NCBI GenBank assembly: GCA_043228905.1
Contig: JBHGNT010000007.1
Span: 4,154,001-4,218,000 of the forward strand
DNA: 64,000 nucleotides
Direction of reading: 5' to 3'
Origin: Azolla caroliniana
Lineage: Eukaryota; Plantae; Polypodiophyta
A model generated the notes under the pieces. The model did no database searches. It was not told where the DNA came from and saw nothing but the letters and a program-made list of their open reading frames with translations. Below are positions 33,691-45,580 of this stretch, piece after piece; within the stretch, counting starts at the first letter, position 1, and every line of letters begins with the position of its first letter. Made by a program: the position numbers and the translations under genes.

Positions 33691-36600
33691 TCATTCCCCG
33701 CCCGTCGGTCCTTCCTCGGTTTCGGATCGTTCGTCGTCCCGGTCCAGGTTATCCGGATCCGGCTCGTCGTCGTGACGCTTCTTGAACGCTTTGATCCGCT
33801 TCCCAGCTACCAGTATCGCCACTCTCGTGCCGTCGAGTTCCGCCAGATGGTACGTCCTGTTGTCGTTGGCGCTTTGTACCACGTAAGGCCCAAACCACCT
33901 TCTTGCGAACTTCCGCGTCGCTCGGTGCTGGTTGTCGAGGCTGCTGTCGTAGACTAGTACCCAGTCGCCTTCCTCGATCTTCTTCGGTCGGGGCCGGTGC
34001 GTTCGGTCGAACCGGGCTTTGTTCCTCATCCTTGCTTCCCGAAGCTTTTCCGCATCGTGCTCCACGTCCTCTGGTCTTCGCTCGAGCTATCGTATACGCG
34101 CCGCCAGCAGTTCCTCCCGGCTCATCTCGTCTCTCCAGTCCACGGTTGCCCATGAGGAGATCGTACGTTCCAATGGCATGATCGGCTTCTGCCCAAACAT
34201 GAGCTCTGCCGGCATGAATCTGGTTACCGAACTGTGCGTAGTTCGGTCCGCCCACAACGCGTAAGGCAGCAGTCGCGGCCAGTTCCCGACTTGCCCCCCG
34301 CATGCCCGAACTAACACCTTGACGATCGGTCCGTGTCCGCACTCCACCTTCCCATTCGCCTCCGGATTGTACACAGTGGTAAGCGAGAGCTTGACTCCTA
34401 GCCGGTCGAACAGCTCCTCGGCCTCTTCGGCGTTCAACTCCCCGCGATCAGCCACGATCTTCCCGACGCACCCGTACCGGCATATCACGTCCTCAATCAG
34501 GAACCGACATACAGCCGTGTTCGTTTTGTTCTGAAGGGCTCGGCCTTCCACCTGGTTCGTCAGATCTTCCCGAGCCAGGATCAGATACCGCATCTGTCCT
34601 ACTCCCATCGGCATCGTCACCAGATCTACCATCCATTTGAAGTGGATGGTCGGAGGGTACGTAGGGTGAAGCTCGTCCCGATGTCGGACTATTGAGTGCA
34701 TTTGACAGCTCTCGCAAGTTGTCACGAACCGATGCACGTCCCGGTACAGTCCCGGCCACCAGTACTTCCCCTTTATCTTCTCGAACGTGGCCCACGTTCC
34801 ACGGTGACCAGCCCAAGGGCTGTCGTGGTAAGCCGTCAGCAGCTCCTCCTGATCTTCCTTCATCGCCACCACCCGGAGCGGGACGCCATTCCTCTTCTTC
34901 GGGTGCTTCCATAAGTATCCGTCCCAGAGAAAGAATCAGTAAGCTTTCTTCCGGATCCGGTTGGCCTCGTCCTTCGTCCATGACGCATCCGGCGTCATTG
35001 TCCTCAAAAATCCACCGATCTGGAGCCACTCGCCGTCGTACTTGCTCTCGTTGAAGTCATTAAGTGCCGGAGTGCTCGTCCCATCAGTCGTCACGTACGC
35101 CGCCTCGAAGAAGTCCACGCCAACTTCTTCGTCCTCCGAAACCATGCCGCCCTCGTCATCAAACCTCGCCCTCGAAAGCATGTCGGCCATGGCGTTGTCC
35201 TTTCCGGAAATGTGCCGTATTTCCGGGTCCAGGGACTTGATGTACGCTATCCACCTGAGCATCGCCAGGTCCGGTGTCGCGCATCCGGAAACCATGCCAA
35301 GAATTGGCAGGCAATTCGTCTCGATAATCACTTCTGTCCCAATCAGGTAGTCTTTGTCGGCCTTTACTGCCGAAACGATACCCCAGAGTTCGCGTTTAAC
35401 CTGGGCGTACCCTCGCTGTCGCTCACTGAGGACCTTCGCGCCGAATCGGATCGGGAACCGAATGTCGTCCCCGTCTTCTTGGTTGACGACCCATCCGATC
35501 CCGGTCGGGCTCGTATCCACCGTTATGTATACCGGGGTACCCTTCTCGTAGACAGCCTTCCGGAGCGCCGGTGCTGCCGCAAGAGCTTCCTTTAGCTTCC
35601 GGACCGACTCCGTGTGCTCGTCTCGCCACTCGAATTTTCGCCCCTTTTTCAGCAACCCGTATAGCGGCTCCGCAACGTGGGCATAATGCGGGATCCATAT
35701 GTGGTAGAACGTGCATGCCCCCAGGAACCTCCGAACTTCCGTAACCAAGCTACAGTCGGTCTTCATCGCGGAGATGGCTTCTACTTTTGCCGGAGACAGC
35801 TTCCGGCCATACGGTCCACACAGGTGTCCGACCACCAGGATTTCTGATTGCCCGAAGGCCGATTTCTCCCCGGAGAAGGTGAGCCTCGCATCCTCTAGCC
35901 TTTGTAGCACCTTCTCGCAATCGTCGATGTGTGTTGCCACGAATCGTCGGCATCCGTCCGGCCCGACTGTCTCGTCCTTCTCTTCCACCGGGCACCCCTT
36001 TATCGGGATGTCGTCCAGAAATGGCATGGTGATGTCCGGGATGCAATCCCTCAGTACCTTGTTCATTGCATTCACCATGTGGGCCACCGAGTTGGTCCCT
36101 CCTTGTGGCAGGGTACACATTCGCACTAGGCCGAGGGGAGTTCGCATCATCGTAATGTCTCTGCTCTCCACGGCTAGCTAGAACTGGTCGTACCCCAAGT
36201 ACAGATCACTGACCGAGTAAATCGACCTTCCGGCGAAGGCCTCCGCGAACTCGTCTATGGTCGGTCCGATTCCTGCGTTCCGAATGGTCACTATGTTGAC
36301 CGGCTGCAGGTCCTGAATGAAGCGCAATGTTCCATTTTTCTTTGGTACGGTAAAGCATCGGTTCGAGTATGGCGCGCTCGACGGTTCGAGAATACCCATA
36401 TCGACTTTCTACCTCAGTAGCTCCATCAACTCCGGGATGTGAGCTCTTGGTACTGGAATTGTCTTGAAATTCCACGGCACATGCGGTACCGTGAATATCA
36501 CCATCGGCTCCACGATTGTCGGGTCTACGCACCCGATCTCTTCCGATGAAAATGCGAAGGCTTTCCCGTGCCTTCCGAGCATTCTCCGAAACCGGTCTTC

Positions 36601-37187
36601 CTCCGCCGGCAATAGGAACCCGCCCCCACCGATCTTGAGCTCCCGGAGCGTCCCGTCGGTGAAGGTGTGTCCTATGCAGGCCGGATCTCGTAAACTGGGG
36701 TCCGACGCAACTCCTCTGATTCGGGACTCGCTGCCCTCCGGTAAGGGTGCCGCGACTGGCCTTACCTTCCGGTCCAGAGTCTTGTACTTCGTGCTAACTC
36801 GGGCCATCCGATCCGACTCGAGCCCCTGACTGAAGTCCGCGATACTTCGTACATCTCTTCGGAACATACCGGTATCGTCCGGTCTTCGTTAAGGTCTTCT
36901 CCAGCTACCTTCCTCAGCATCCCCAAGGTGTCGTCGAAGGAGACCGCCTCCACGGCCCTGCTGATTTCCTCATCCGGGCCGAGAACTCCGCGCGCTCGAA
37001 GTTGCACTTCCGCCCTTGCCTTTTCTCGGCCAACAATGCCGACTAGCATACACCCTCCGTTGTTGGAGAAGCAAAATTTCCTACCTATCGTACAGGGTTT
37101 CTTCGGTTTCGGTTCTATCGTACAGTTGTGGGGTCTTTCCCGAGTGTCCGGACTGTCTCGGCCCCACGCCTTGGCAGCCCTCTCTAA
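33691..37187 (-). pseudogene. pol: pol of C (RT-RH-IN with GPY motif, no chromodomain)
   Basis: PFLDD; HDSPWAGH...CESC; WMVDL, VADRGE; RWFGPYVV; a few stops and one frameshift. Confidence 0.93.
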
Positions 37188-39310
37188 AAATCCTCCCGGT
37201 TCTCGCCACCGAGGGATTCGCGGTTTCGCTCGTGGTTCGGCCGTACCGTCAGAAATTGGACCGAATGGCGCCCGTCCTGGCTTTTGACCCTCGCGTAGGC
37301 CGAACTGTTGTCCAGCACCTTGGTCTCCATTCGCACCGCCGTGATGTATGGTTCCCCTAATATGACCGAGTGCGAGGACGTCTCCTGTACGAAGAAGTGC
37401 TGGTCAATCTCGACGTCGCCGATCTTGACTCGTACGTTCGGGCAGGCCCCGTGCAGTTCCTCGGTGGCGCGCGTCGCCGCCCGTATCTTCCACCCATGCT
37501 TGGTGTTCATCGGCCACTTTCCCTTCTTATAGAAGTCCATGGACATCAGGTTTATTTCCGAACCGTGATCCACCAATGCCACCACCGGTTCCAGAACATC
37601 TCCGATCTTTACCGGGGTCTCCGTGGTCGCTCGGGCCCAATGCGGCCTTGAATAGTGGCTCTCCGCCCACTCATCTTCCAGCGCCATGTCGTCGATGTGC
37701 GTCGTCCGCACCTCCACCGGTCTTTCCGGTTCCGTCTCCGTCGACAGCCTCTTCCATTTCACCAGGTCCACAATGGAGTCGTGGAACTCCTTCTTGGCGA
37801 TCCCTAGCACCTCTCGCAATGACAGCTCCACCTTGTTGTCGAGGATCCGTTCCTCTAGGACCTTTCGTAGGTTCGTAGTCCTTTCTATTTCCGTTCCCAG
37901 TCGGTATCCGCCCTTCCTAGGGTTATCTTGCGAGCTGGACCCACCGGCATCGTTCCGTCGTTGCCCGAATCGGGTCTCGTACCGTTGTGAGGGCCCGGCC
38001 GCTCCGGCTTTCCCCACTCATTTGTCTTCTACCAGAGCCTCGTAGTTCCGGCAGGCGGCTTCTACGAAGCCCGTCTTCTCCTCGACCAAATAGCGCCACC
38101 CGGTTATTTCCCGGACCCGTCTCTCAGCGTGGTCCGTTTCATCTTTCCTTAGCCGTGCGTCGGCAAGACCTTCCAGCATTGCCGACCAGAATCCGTCTTT
38201 GCCCTCCTTTCGGGCCTCGCTGCCCCCGACCCGAATGTCGGCCGACGCCGAGTAGTGGATGGCCTCCACGTGTCGGGCCGCTGCCTCTTCCATCAGTCTC
38301 TTCATTCCTCCTCGCCCGTCGTTTCGGTTTAGGGCCCTTCTGGTGTCGCCGGCGTGCACCCGGCCTTCCCACAGGTACACCACCCGGTTCCTCAATGCTT
38401 CTACGAAATCGCCGCAGTCCTTCCGGATGTGGCCGACCTCGTCGCACCACATGCACCTGTTCCCTACCACCGGCCGTCGGTCACGAGCCGATTCACTGCC
38501 TTCCCTTCGAGTCTGGGCGATCTGGAGATCCTTTATCGCCCGCGTCAACTCCTCCAGCGCTGCTCCTCCGAACGAGCCACTGACCATGTCGGTCGAAGCC
38601 GGACCGGTTTCGAGCCATTCCCGGGTTTCTTCCCTTCGCCCTTGCGGTGCCGGTTCAAGCCTCCTTGCTGTGACAGAGCCCGCACCAGCCGCCCCGTTGT
38701 CAGCCCATTCTCGCCGTTTGTCGAAACGGTCACAGACTCTCTTAACCGCAGCCCAGTCGGTCGTCAGCCCGTCTTCGGTTTCCAGCAAGGAGCCGACTTG
38801 ATCCCGGTCCCGCTCGTCCACCGACTTGACGAACAGTAGGACCCGGCTCGTATCCAGAATGGTTCGGTCAAGCGCCGAAAGGCACGCAAAGCGTTCTTCA
38901 AACTCCCTGAGGAGTGCCGACGCGTTTCTTCCCTTGCCTGGGGACTCCACCCACTCCATGAAGTCCCGTTTCGAAAGCCGGAGCGCGTCGTCCAACCCGT
39001 ATTTTTCTAGGAGTCGACCTTCGAACTCCTCCCAGGTACGGCTCTCCGCCCGCACCTCAAGCACCTCCGCATGGATGCTCGGCATCGCCACTCGAGGGAA
39101 CCCGGCAAGACGCCTCTCTTCCGGAATGTCCCGCATCAGCATTTCTGCCCCGTAGGACGCCAAATACTTCGTGGCATCCTTTCCGTTGAACCGGCCGATC
39201 GTACCGACGACCGCCTCAATGGCTCTGTCGAGGGCGCCGGAGCCCTCGCGTGCGCTCAATATCCGATCCACGGCCGAAGCCATGGCCTCCGCAAGATCCG
39301 ACCCTTTCAT
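37184..39310 (-). pseudogene. gag: gag-protease ORF of C (one TGA at 38018-38020)
   Basis: 38018-39337 and 37184-38017 are in frame; CCHC knuckle; LVDHGSEINL. Confidence 0.93.
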
Positions 39311-40014
39311 CTTCTGCTCTTCTGCCGCCTCTTTCACGTCGGGTTCACCAAGATGTCGAGGTATTCCTCGCGGATGCGTGGAATGAGGCGGGACCTCGGG
39401 GGTCCTGTACCGAAGAGCAAGAGAGAAAGGAAAAGAGACCCACTACGTGCAAGCGTAGATTCACAGGGACACGGCCCTTCGACACAAAGACGCGAGTGGG
39501 ACAGCGACACAGAGAGACACGAATGTATGTATGTATTAACAAAGACAACAACAAAAACACGAAAGCAACAAAAACATGAAGTCGGTTACAACCGAACAGG
39601 CCGGCGAACAGATGTCGATGCCTATTCGTAAACGCACAGAAAGAAAAGAGTAGGTTGGAGGTGCTGCCGGAAGCACTCGGGCATTCCTCAGAGCAGCGCG
39701 AGCCTCTCGAAACCTGCACAGAAAGCAACCACGGAGTTTGCGAGCCAGAGAGAGAGAGAAGCCTTCGCCCACAAACCGACAGCACTTCGTCCTCGACTCT
39801 CCGCGATCCCTTCCTCCTCCTCGTCTCCCTCCTTTTATAGGCAAGAAGGGAGCCGTTTCCTATTAACTTCCTACCTACCGAATCTACCTACCTAGGATCT
39901 CCCATGTCCCTAATTCTCTCTTATGTACAACACAAGGCGTACGTGCATGAAGAGCCGGTTCCTATGCTCCGGCGCACCGATTCCGCTTGTGGACGGTTTT
40001 CTTCACGACACCGT

Positions 40015-40552
40015 TCGGGCCCGACTCCGCAATAAGCCCTTCTTCGGCTTCGATTTGTGCCTCTACGATCTCGTACGCTTCCCGCACCAAGGCTTCAATG
40101 TCGAGCTCCTCTGAACCGATTTGCGTTGAGCTCTCTTCCGGCAGTAGTGCGTAGTCGGTCGCCGCTCTCTCTTCTCCACCGCTCGCGGGCCGCCTCTCAT
40201 CGCATTGTATGCACGCCCATTCCACCTCGTTCCAATCTTCGGTGAGGCCGTATGCCCCTTCATTGTCTTCGAGGTAGGGAAAAATGGTCATTCTCCCCCT
40301 TTCGTTGACCGACTTCAAGAATAGTGGGACCTTGTCCGCCCCCACCGATTCTTGATCCCGGACCGAAAGTTGGGAAAACCGGAGATCAAACTCCCGGAAT
40401 GCCTTCATTGCGCTTCGAGGAGCCTTTGCCGACAACACCCATAGATCGAACTCGCGTCGATCGTACTTGTACGCCTCTTCCCGTCTTTCTCTCCTTCTTG
40501 CGAAATACCTTGTCATTCTCGTAATTACTTCCGCGATGTCTCCGGCTTCCAT
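40015..40552 (-). CDS. Truncated Gag-like ORF of D (C-terminal part of capsid plus acidic tail); continues below 32978
   Basis: REFDLRFSQLS..KVPLFLKSVNER..GLTEDWNEVEWAC aligns to C REFEERFACLS..RVLLFVKSVDER..GLTTDWAAVKRVC. Confidence 0.8.
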
Positions 40553-41371
40553 CTCCTTCCTCCCTTGCCGCCTCTTCACGTCGGGTTCACCAAATATGTC
40601 ACGTTGTTACGCGCATGGTGGGGAAAGGTGGGACCACGGGGGTCTTGGACTAGGGAGTGACGGAGCGTAGGAAGTCGTACTTCACCGTTTCCGGGGCATC
40701 CCAGAAGCACACCGGAAGCAACCGAAGGGAGAGAGAGAAAGAGAGGGAGTGCACGCTTAACACCGACTCACGCACACACACGCACGCACACACACCGACC
40801 CGACTCACGCCCTTATGTACAGGAAACGCAGGAAAGGGGAAACACCCGACACCAACAGAGACGCGAATATACACAAACAGACGCAAATGTATATATATAA
40901 GAGGAAGAATACATTCCCGGCTTCGAGCCGGACCAAGGTAGGTTACAGTAGTCGTCAGCTGCCAAGCCGCCGGTCGGGGAGCTCACAGGCTTGTCGCGCC
41001 GAGCGGGGTCTTGCGCAGGAGACGAGCTGAAGCAAACCCTAAGCAAATACAAAGGGGGAGAAGAAGAAGAAGAAGAAGAAGAAGAAATGTAACTAACCCT
41101 AAATCTAACGGTATACCCTCTAACGCAAAATGGGCAACCCCTTCACAAAGGGTGCTCCTCTCCTTTTATAGAACAAGGAGAGAGATGCGTTACAATGTGG
41201 GATAAATCCCGACTTACAAGGGATCGTCTGTCCCGACTTGACTACTCTTCGGCGCCATAAAGGCGCCCTCGTTATTCACACTAAATGTACAAGGGTGAGC
41301 ACACATGCCGCACCCCGCCAATGTAGCCAATGTTTCCCGGTTTCCGCCTCTGGCCGAAATTCTTCACGATA

Positions 41372-44171
41372 GCGTGAACCGTCTCCTCGGTTCCTTGCGC
41401 GGGGAGAGCACGGCAAAGTCTCCACTACTTGCCAGTTCCTCATCCGACTGGTCATCCCGACTCAGCTGCTCATTCGGTCCACTCAACCGAAACGATTCCG
41501 GCCTTTCATCTAGAGGCTTGAACCCTTCGTCTTCTAATTGGATTGGTTCAGGCTCACTAGCCTCATCCTTCGGTATCGGGTCGGGGTCGAAAGTCGGAGC
41601 CGGTAAGGTATACCATGATGTCGTCTCATCAAACTCAACATCCCGGCTAACTCGGACCTGCTTCGTTCGGGGGTTATAACACTTATACCCCTTTTGCTCA
41701 TGTGAGTACCCGACCAGAATGCATTTCTCTGACTTTGCATCCAACTTCCTCCGCTTCTCCTCCGGCACATACACATATGCAATGCTACCAAATATTCGAA
41801 GGTGTCTCAAATTCGGCTTGTGCCCGAAATATAGCTCATGCGAGGACACCTTGTCACTGATCCGGTTTTGGATGTAGACGGTCGTCCGAACCGCCTCCGC
41901 CCAATAGAAATGGGGCATGTTCTTCTCCTCCAGCATTGCCCTTGCCACGTCGACAATCGACCGGTTCTTCCTTTCGGCCACACTGTTTTGCTCCAGTGTG
42001 TATCTGCAGTTGAACTCTCTCTGAATTCCTTTTTGCTACAGATAACTGTTGAATTGGCCGGAAAAATATTATTTTCCGCCATCTAACCGCAGGCACTTCA
42101 TCTTCCTCTCCATTTCCCGTTCAACCAAGCTTTGCAGGTTTCGGAAACACTCGAAGACTTCGCTCTTCCGCTCAATGAGGTAGATCCATGTGTGCCGGCT
42201 ATAGTCGTCGATGAAGGAAATGAAATATTGACTCCCGCCAAGACTCACGTTTTGTGCCGGTCCCCATACATCCGAATGAATAAGGTCGAGCTTGTTATGG
42301 CTACGGTTTCGTTCGGTGGGGAATGGAAGCTGGTGTTGCTTCCCGAGTTGGCAAGCTTCACATGTTTGGGCCTTCCGACCACTGAACTTCGGCAAACCGA
42401 AAACAGCTTGTTTCGTTTGCAGATCTTGAAGCCTCCAATAATTGACGTGGTCGATCCACTTGTGCCAGAGATCGATGTCCGATTCAATCTTCCGTCCTTT
42501 GGCGAACAAGGCGGTGCCGACGTCATTGGTGTCGAGGATGAACATCCTCCCATCTCTGCACCCTTGCGCAATAATCTGGCCCTCTTCCTCGATGAAGCAC
42601 CCAAGGTGCGTAAACTGCACCTGCATCCCCTGGTCAACGATTTGACCGACTGACACCAGGTTCTTCGTGATAATCGGAACGTGTAATACATTCATCAGCT
42701 TCCCCCTCTATCCGGCGTGGCTCAAAGGGACTTCACTGATATGCATGATTGGGTGAGTGTCGTCTCCGGTTTCGACAACTCCCGGTTGTTCCGGTTTCTC
42801 CAGGAAAGAGAACCACTCTTTGTGGTTCGTCATGTGATTCAACGCACCGGAATCAACGTACCACACTTCCTCTTATTTGGAAGTGGTCTTCTTCATCGAG
42901 TTTGCCTCGTGTTTCATCACCAAGGCTGGCCCTTTACTGGCTTTTCCGGTTTTGGATCCTCTCAATCCTTTTGCATAATGCGAGTATTGTCGGTTCTCTC
43001 TGCCGGCCTTGCCGGATCCGGATCTGTCCGAATCGGCACGCTTCTTCCAGCACTCGCTTTCTCTGTGGCCCTTTTTACCACAATACCAGCATTCCGTGTC
43101 GGCCTTTACTTGCCGACCTCCGGCGCCGCCTTGACTCCCCCTACTTGTGGAGGGTCCGAAACTGTTGTCGGCACATTCTTTGTGCCTCTGGTCTTGCTCT
43201 TGCCGGCTGCTACCATTGCGAGCCGACACGGCTCGTCCACCACGCCCACGGGGCAGATCCGCCTCCATGTACAACATCTGGTTGTCGGTGGGTGCACTTG
43301 TTGACGCACCGGCGTGGTTCTCCTCTACAAGGAGCATCCAGCACTCGCTTTCTCTGTAGCCCTTTTTACCACAATACCAGCATTCCGTGTCGGCCTTTAC
43401 TTGCCGACCTCTGGCGCCGCCTTGACTCCCCCTACTTGTGGAGGGTCCGAAACTGTTGTCGGCACATTCTCTGTGCCTCTGGTCCTGCTCTTGTCGGCCG
43501 CTACCATTGCGAGCCAACACGCCTCGTCCACCACGCCCACAGGGCCGATCCGCCTCTGTGTACAACATCCGTTTGTCGGTGAGTGCACTTGTTGACACAC
43601 CGGCGTGGTTCTCCTCTACAAGGAGCATCGACTATAGGTCGAAAAATGACAACGTATTCTCCCTCGTACAGACCGCCGTTCGGAAAGCTCCGAACCTGAA
43701 CGCTAGCCCACCAAGGGACACTTGCACCATCTCGTCCTCTTGGACGTTCACATTGACGGAAGTGAGTGAGTCACAAATTTCCTTGATTCGGGCCGTGTAA
43801 TCGGCCATAGACAGATTTTTCTGTCAGACATTGTTGAGCTCCTGCTTGAGCTGCAGCTTCCTAGCCATTGCGCTTGCAGCAAAAACCTTCTTCAAGTTTC
43901 CCTAAGCTTCTTTTGGCGTCTTAGCATCTCGGATATGGCTTACCATCTGGTCTCCGACACTGGACACGAAGCAGTACATCACTCTGCTTACCGCTTGTTC
44001 CTACACTGGGAAGTCCTTGTGTGCCACATCATGTGTTGTGTTGTTAGCTCCGTCGACATAGCTCTAGTACCCATGCCCAAGCAAGTACTGGTGCATCTTG
44101 TATGACCAAGATGCGTAGTTGGATCTGTCGAGCTTCTCCACCGGGAGCGAGCTAGCCATTCCCCTGTCCAT
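41372..44171 (-). pseudogene. gag-PR-integrase part of E
   Basis: MDRGMASSLPVEKLDRSNY; CWYCGKKGHRESEC; HSDVWGP; AERKNRS; KSEKCILVGY. Confidence 0.92.
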
Positions 44172-44654
44172 TACTTCTCTTTCTATTCTTACCGGGTTGG
44201 TTTTCCTTTTCGAGCTATGTCAGCTGCAGAGGTTCTCAACCCTTGCACTCTGATACCATGTAAAAAGAATAGCGTGCGGAAGCAATAGGAAACCGAACAC
44301 AGAAACGCAGGTTTAATGGAAAGCTTTACAGTACGCGGGAGAGATAGAGAAAGAGCAGAACAAGTTAGATCTATTACAAAACAATGATAATTCTCTGTAC
44401 ATAAGAGGACTGATAGAAGTATTGTGTACTTCAATGCTCATACGAGCGTCTGACACTAACTATGAGACATTAACTACCTAGTAGTCTAGGCTACTACTAG
44501 GCTTCCGGTTACTATTTGATCCAGCTAATCGGCTCAATTGCTCACTGGCTCGCCAATCCATCTCACTGATCTGGTTTCATCCTTCCGGATGTCGATCCGG
44601 CTCATGCTTATTCAGCCGATCCGGATTCGGTTGAACTTGCCGCTCAATAGATAT

Positions 44655-45580
44655 TTTTGCTTACTTCCCATGCAATTCTAGGAAGTCGATGTGAGAGACT
44701 TTTTTGAACCTTAAGCATGTATTCAACAACCCTTTCCATGGCCATGATCTCAATGGGAAGCGATCCCATCTCAAGGAGGAGGAGGGTGTTGGCCATTTGT
44801 TTCTTAACTTGTAGAAACTTGTAAGAAAATGTTTTTGGACATTTTCAAACTCTTTCCACATAGATTTAGGGATGCCATCGCCCCATACTTCCACCCCCTA
44901 GAGAAGAATCGGTGTTACCAAAGTGTCGAAAAGATATTTCTTGAGGACCCAACACTTAATATCTCCAAGATTGCATGTGTTCTCAAATGCATAGTATGTT
45001 CGCTTACCCGCCTCTAAGCAGCGTCTAGCACATTCATTCCATCTATGATTTGAAGGAACTTCAAGGACAAGATATTTGAAGCTTTCCACACATCCAAGTG
45101 GCTCATTGTTGTACATAATGCATGGTTTATCTCATATTTTTTGGCTCTTCACAAGCATAATCTTTGTTTTAGAGCTATTGACACTTAATTTAGTATGCAT
45201 GCAAAAAATTCTCAATGCCTTCATAAGCTTTTGTGCATCTGCTAAAGTATTTGCAAAAAGCACTATATCATCCGCATATAGCAAAAGCATAATCACAACA
45301 TCCCCAATGGCAACTTCTTCAACACATTCTTCCTTTGCAAACTTGGTAACCATTTCTTCCAATTCATCAATGCATAAACCAAATAGTGTTGGTGAGAGTG
45401 GGCATCCTTGCTTAACACCAATTATAGTGCTATTGAAAAAATCTAAGTGTCTATCTCTCATACGCACACAACATATAACCTTCTCATAAATTCAGGAAAT
45501 TGCAAGCATATATTCACTTGGCACCTCAAGTTCTTCCATTCGCCTCCAAAGATGCTCACGAGGTACCATATCAAAAGTGG
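44655..45580 (-). mobile_element. Non-LTR (LINE) reverse transcriptase fragment
   Basis: FDMVPREHLW; GVKQGCPLSPTLF; LLYADD; VNSSKTKIM; SFKYL. Confidence 0.9.

Larger units (their letters stand above)
32979..40010 (-). mobile_element. Full-length gypsy element C (pseudogenised), inserted in D; 4-bp TSD CCGT
   Basis: LTRs 32979-33617 and 39354-40010; TSD at 32975-32978 and 40011-40014; Trp PBS 39333-39350; PPT 33618-33630. Confidence 0.96.
28203..41371 (-). mobile_element. Non-autonomous gypsy-group element D (no pol), containing C
   Basis: LTRs 28203-28981 and 40597-41371; Trp PBS 40575-40592; PPT 28982-28994 identical to that of C; GCGT at 41372-41375 and 28197-28200. Confidence 0.9.
19854..44649 (-). 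mobile_element. Copia element E (degenerate), host of B, D and C; TSD GATAT
   Basis: LTRs 19854-20266 and 44259-44649; TSD at 19849-19853 and 44650-44654; PBS TGGTATCAGAG 44248-44258; PPT 20267-20277. Confidence 0.93.

Noticed and set aside
23120-39844. Many long antisense and alternative-frame ORFs
   Set aside because: Expected shadows of GC-rich gag/pol sequence; no independent motifs
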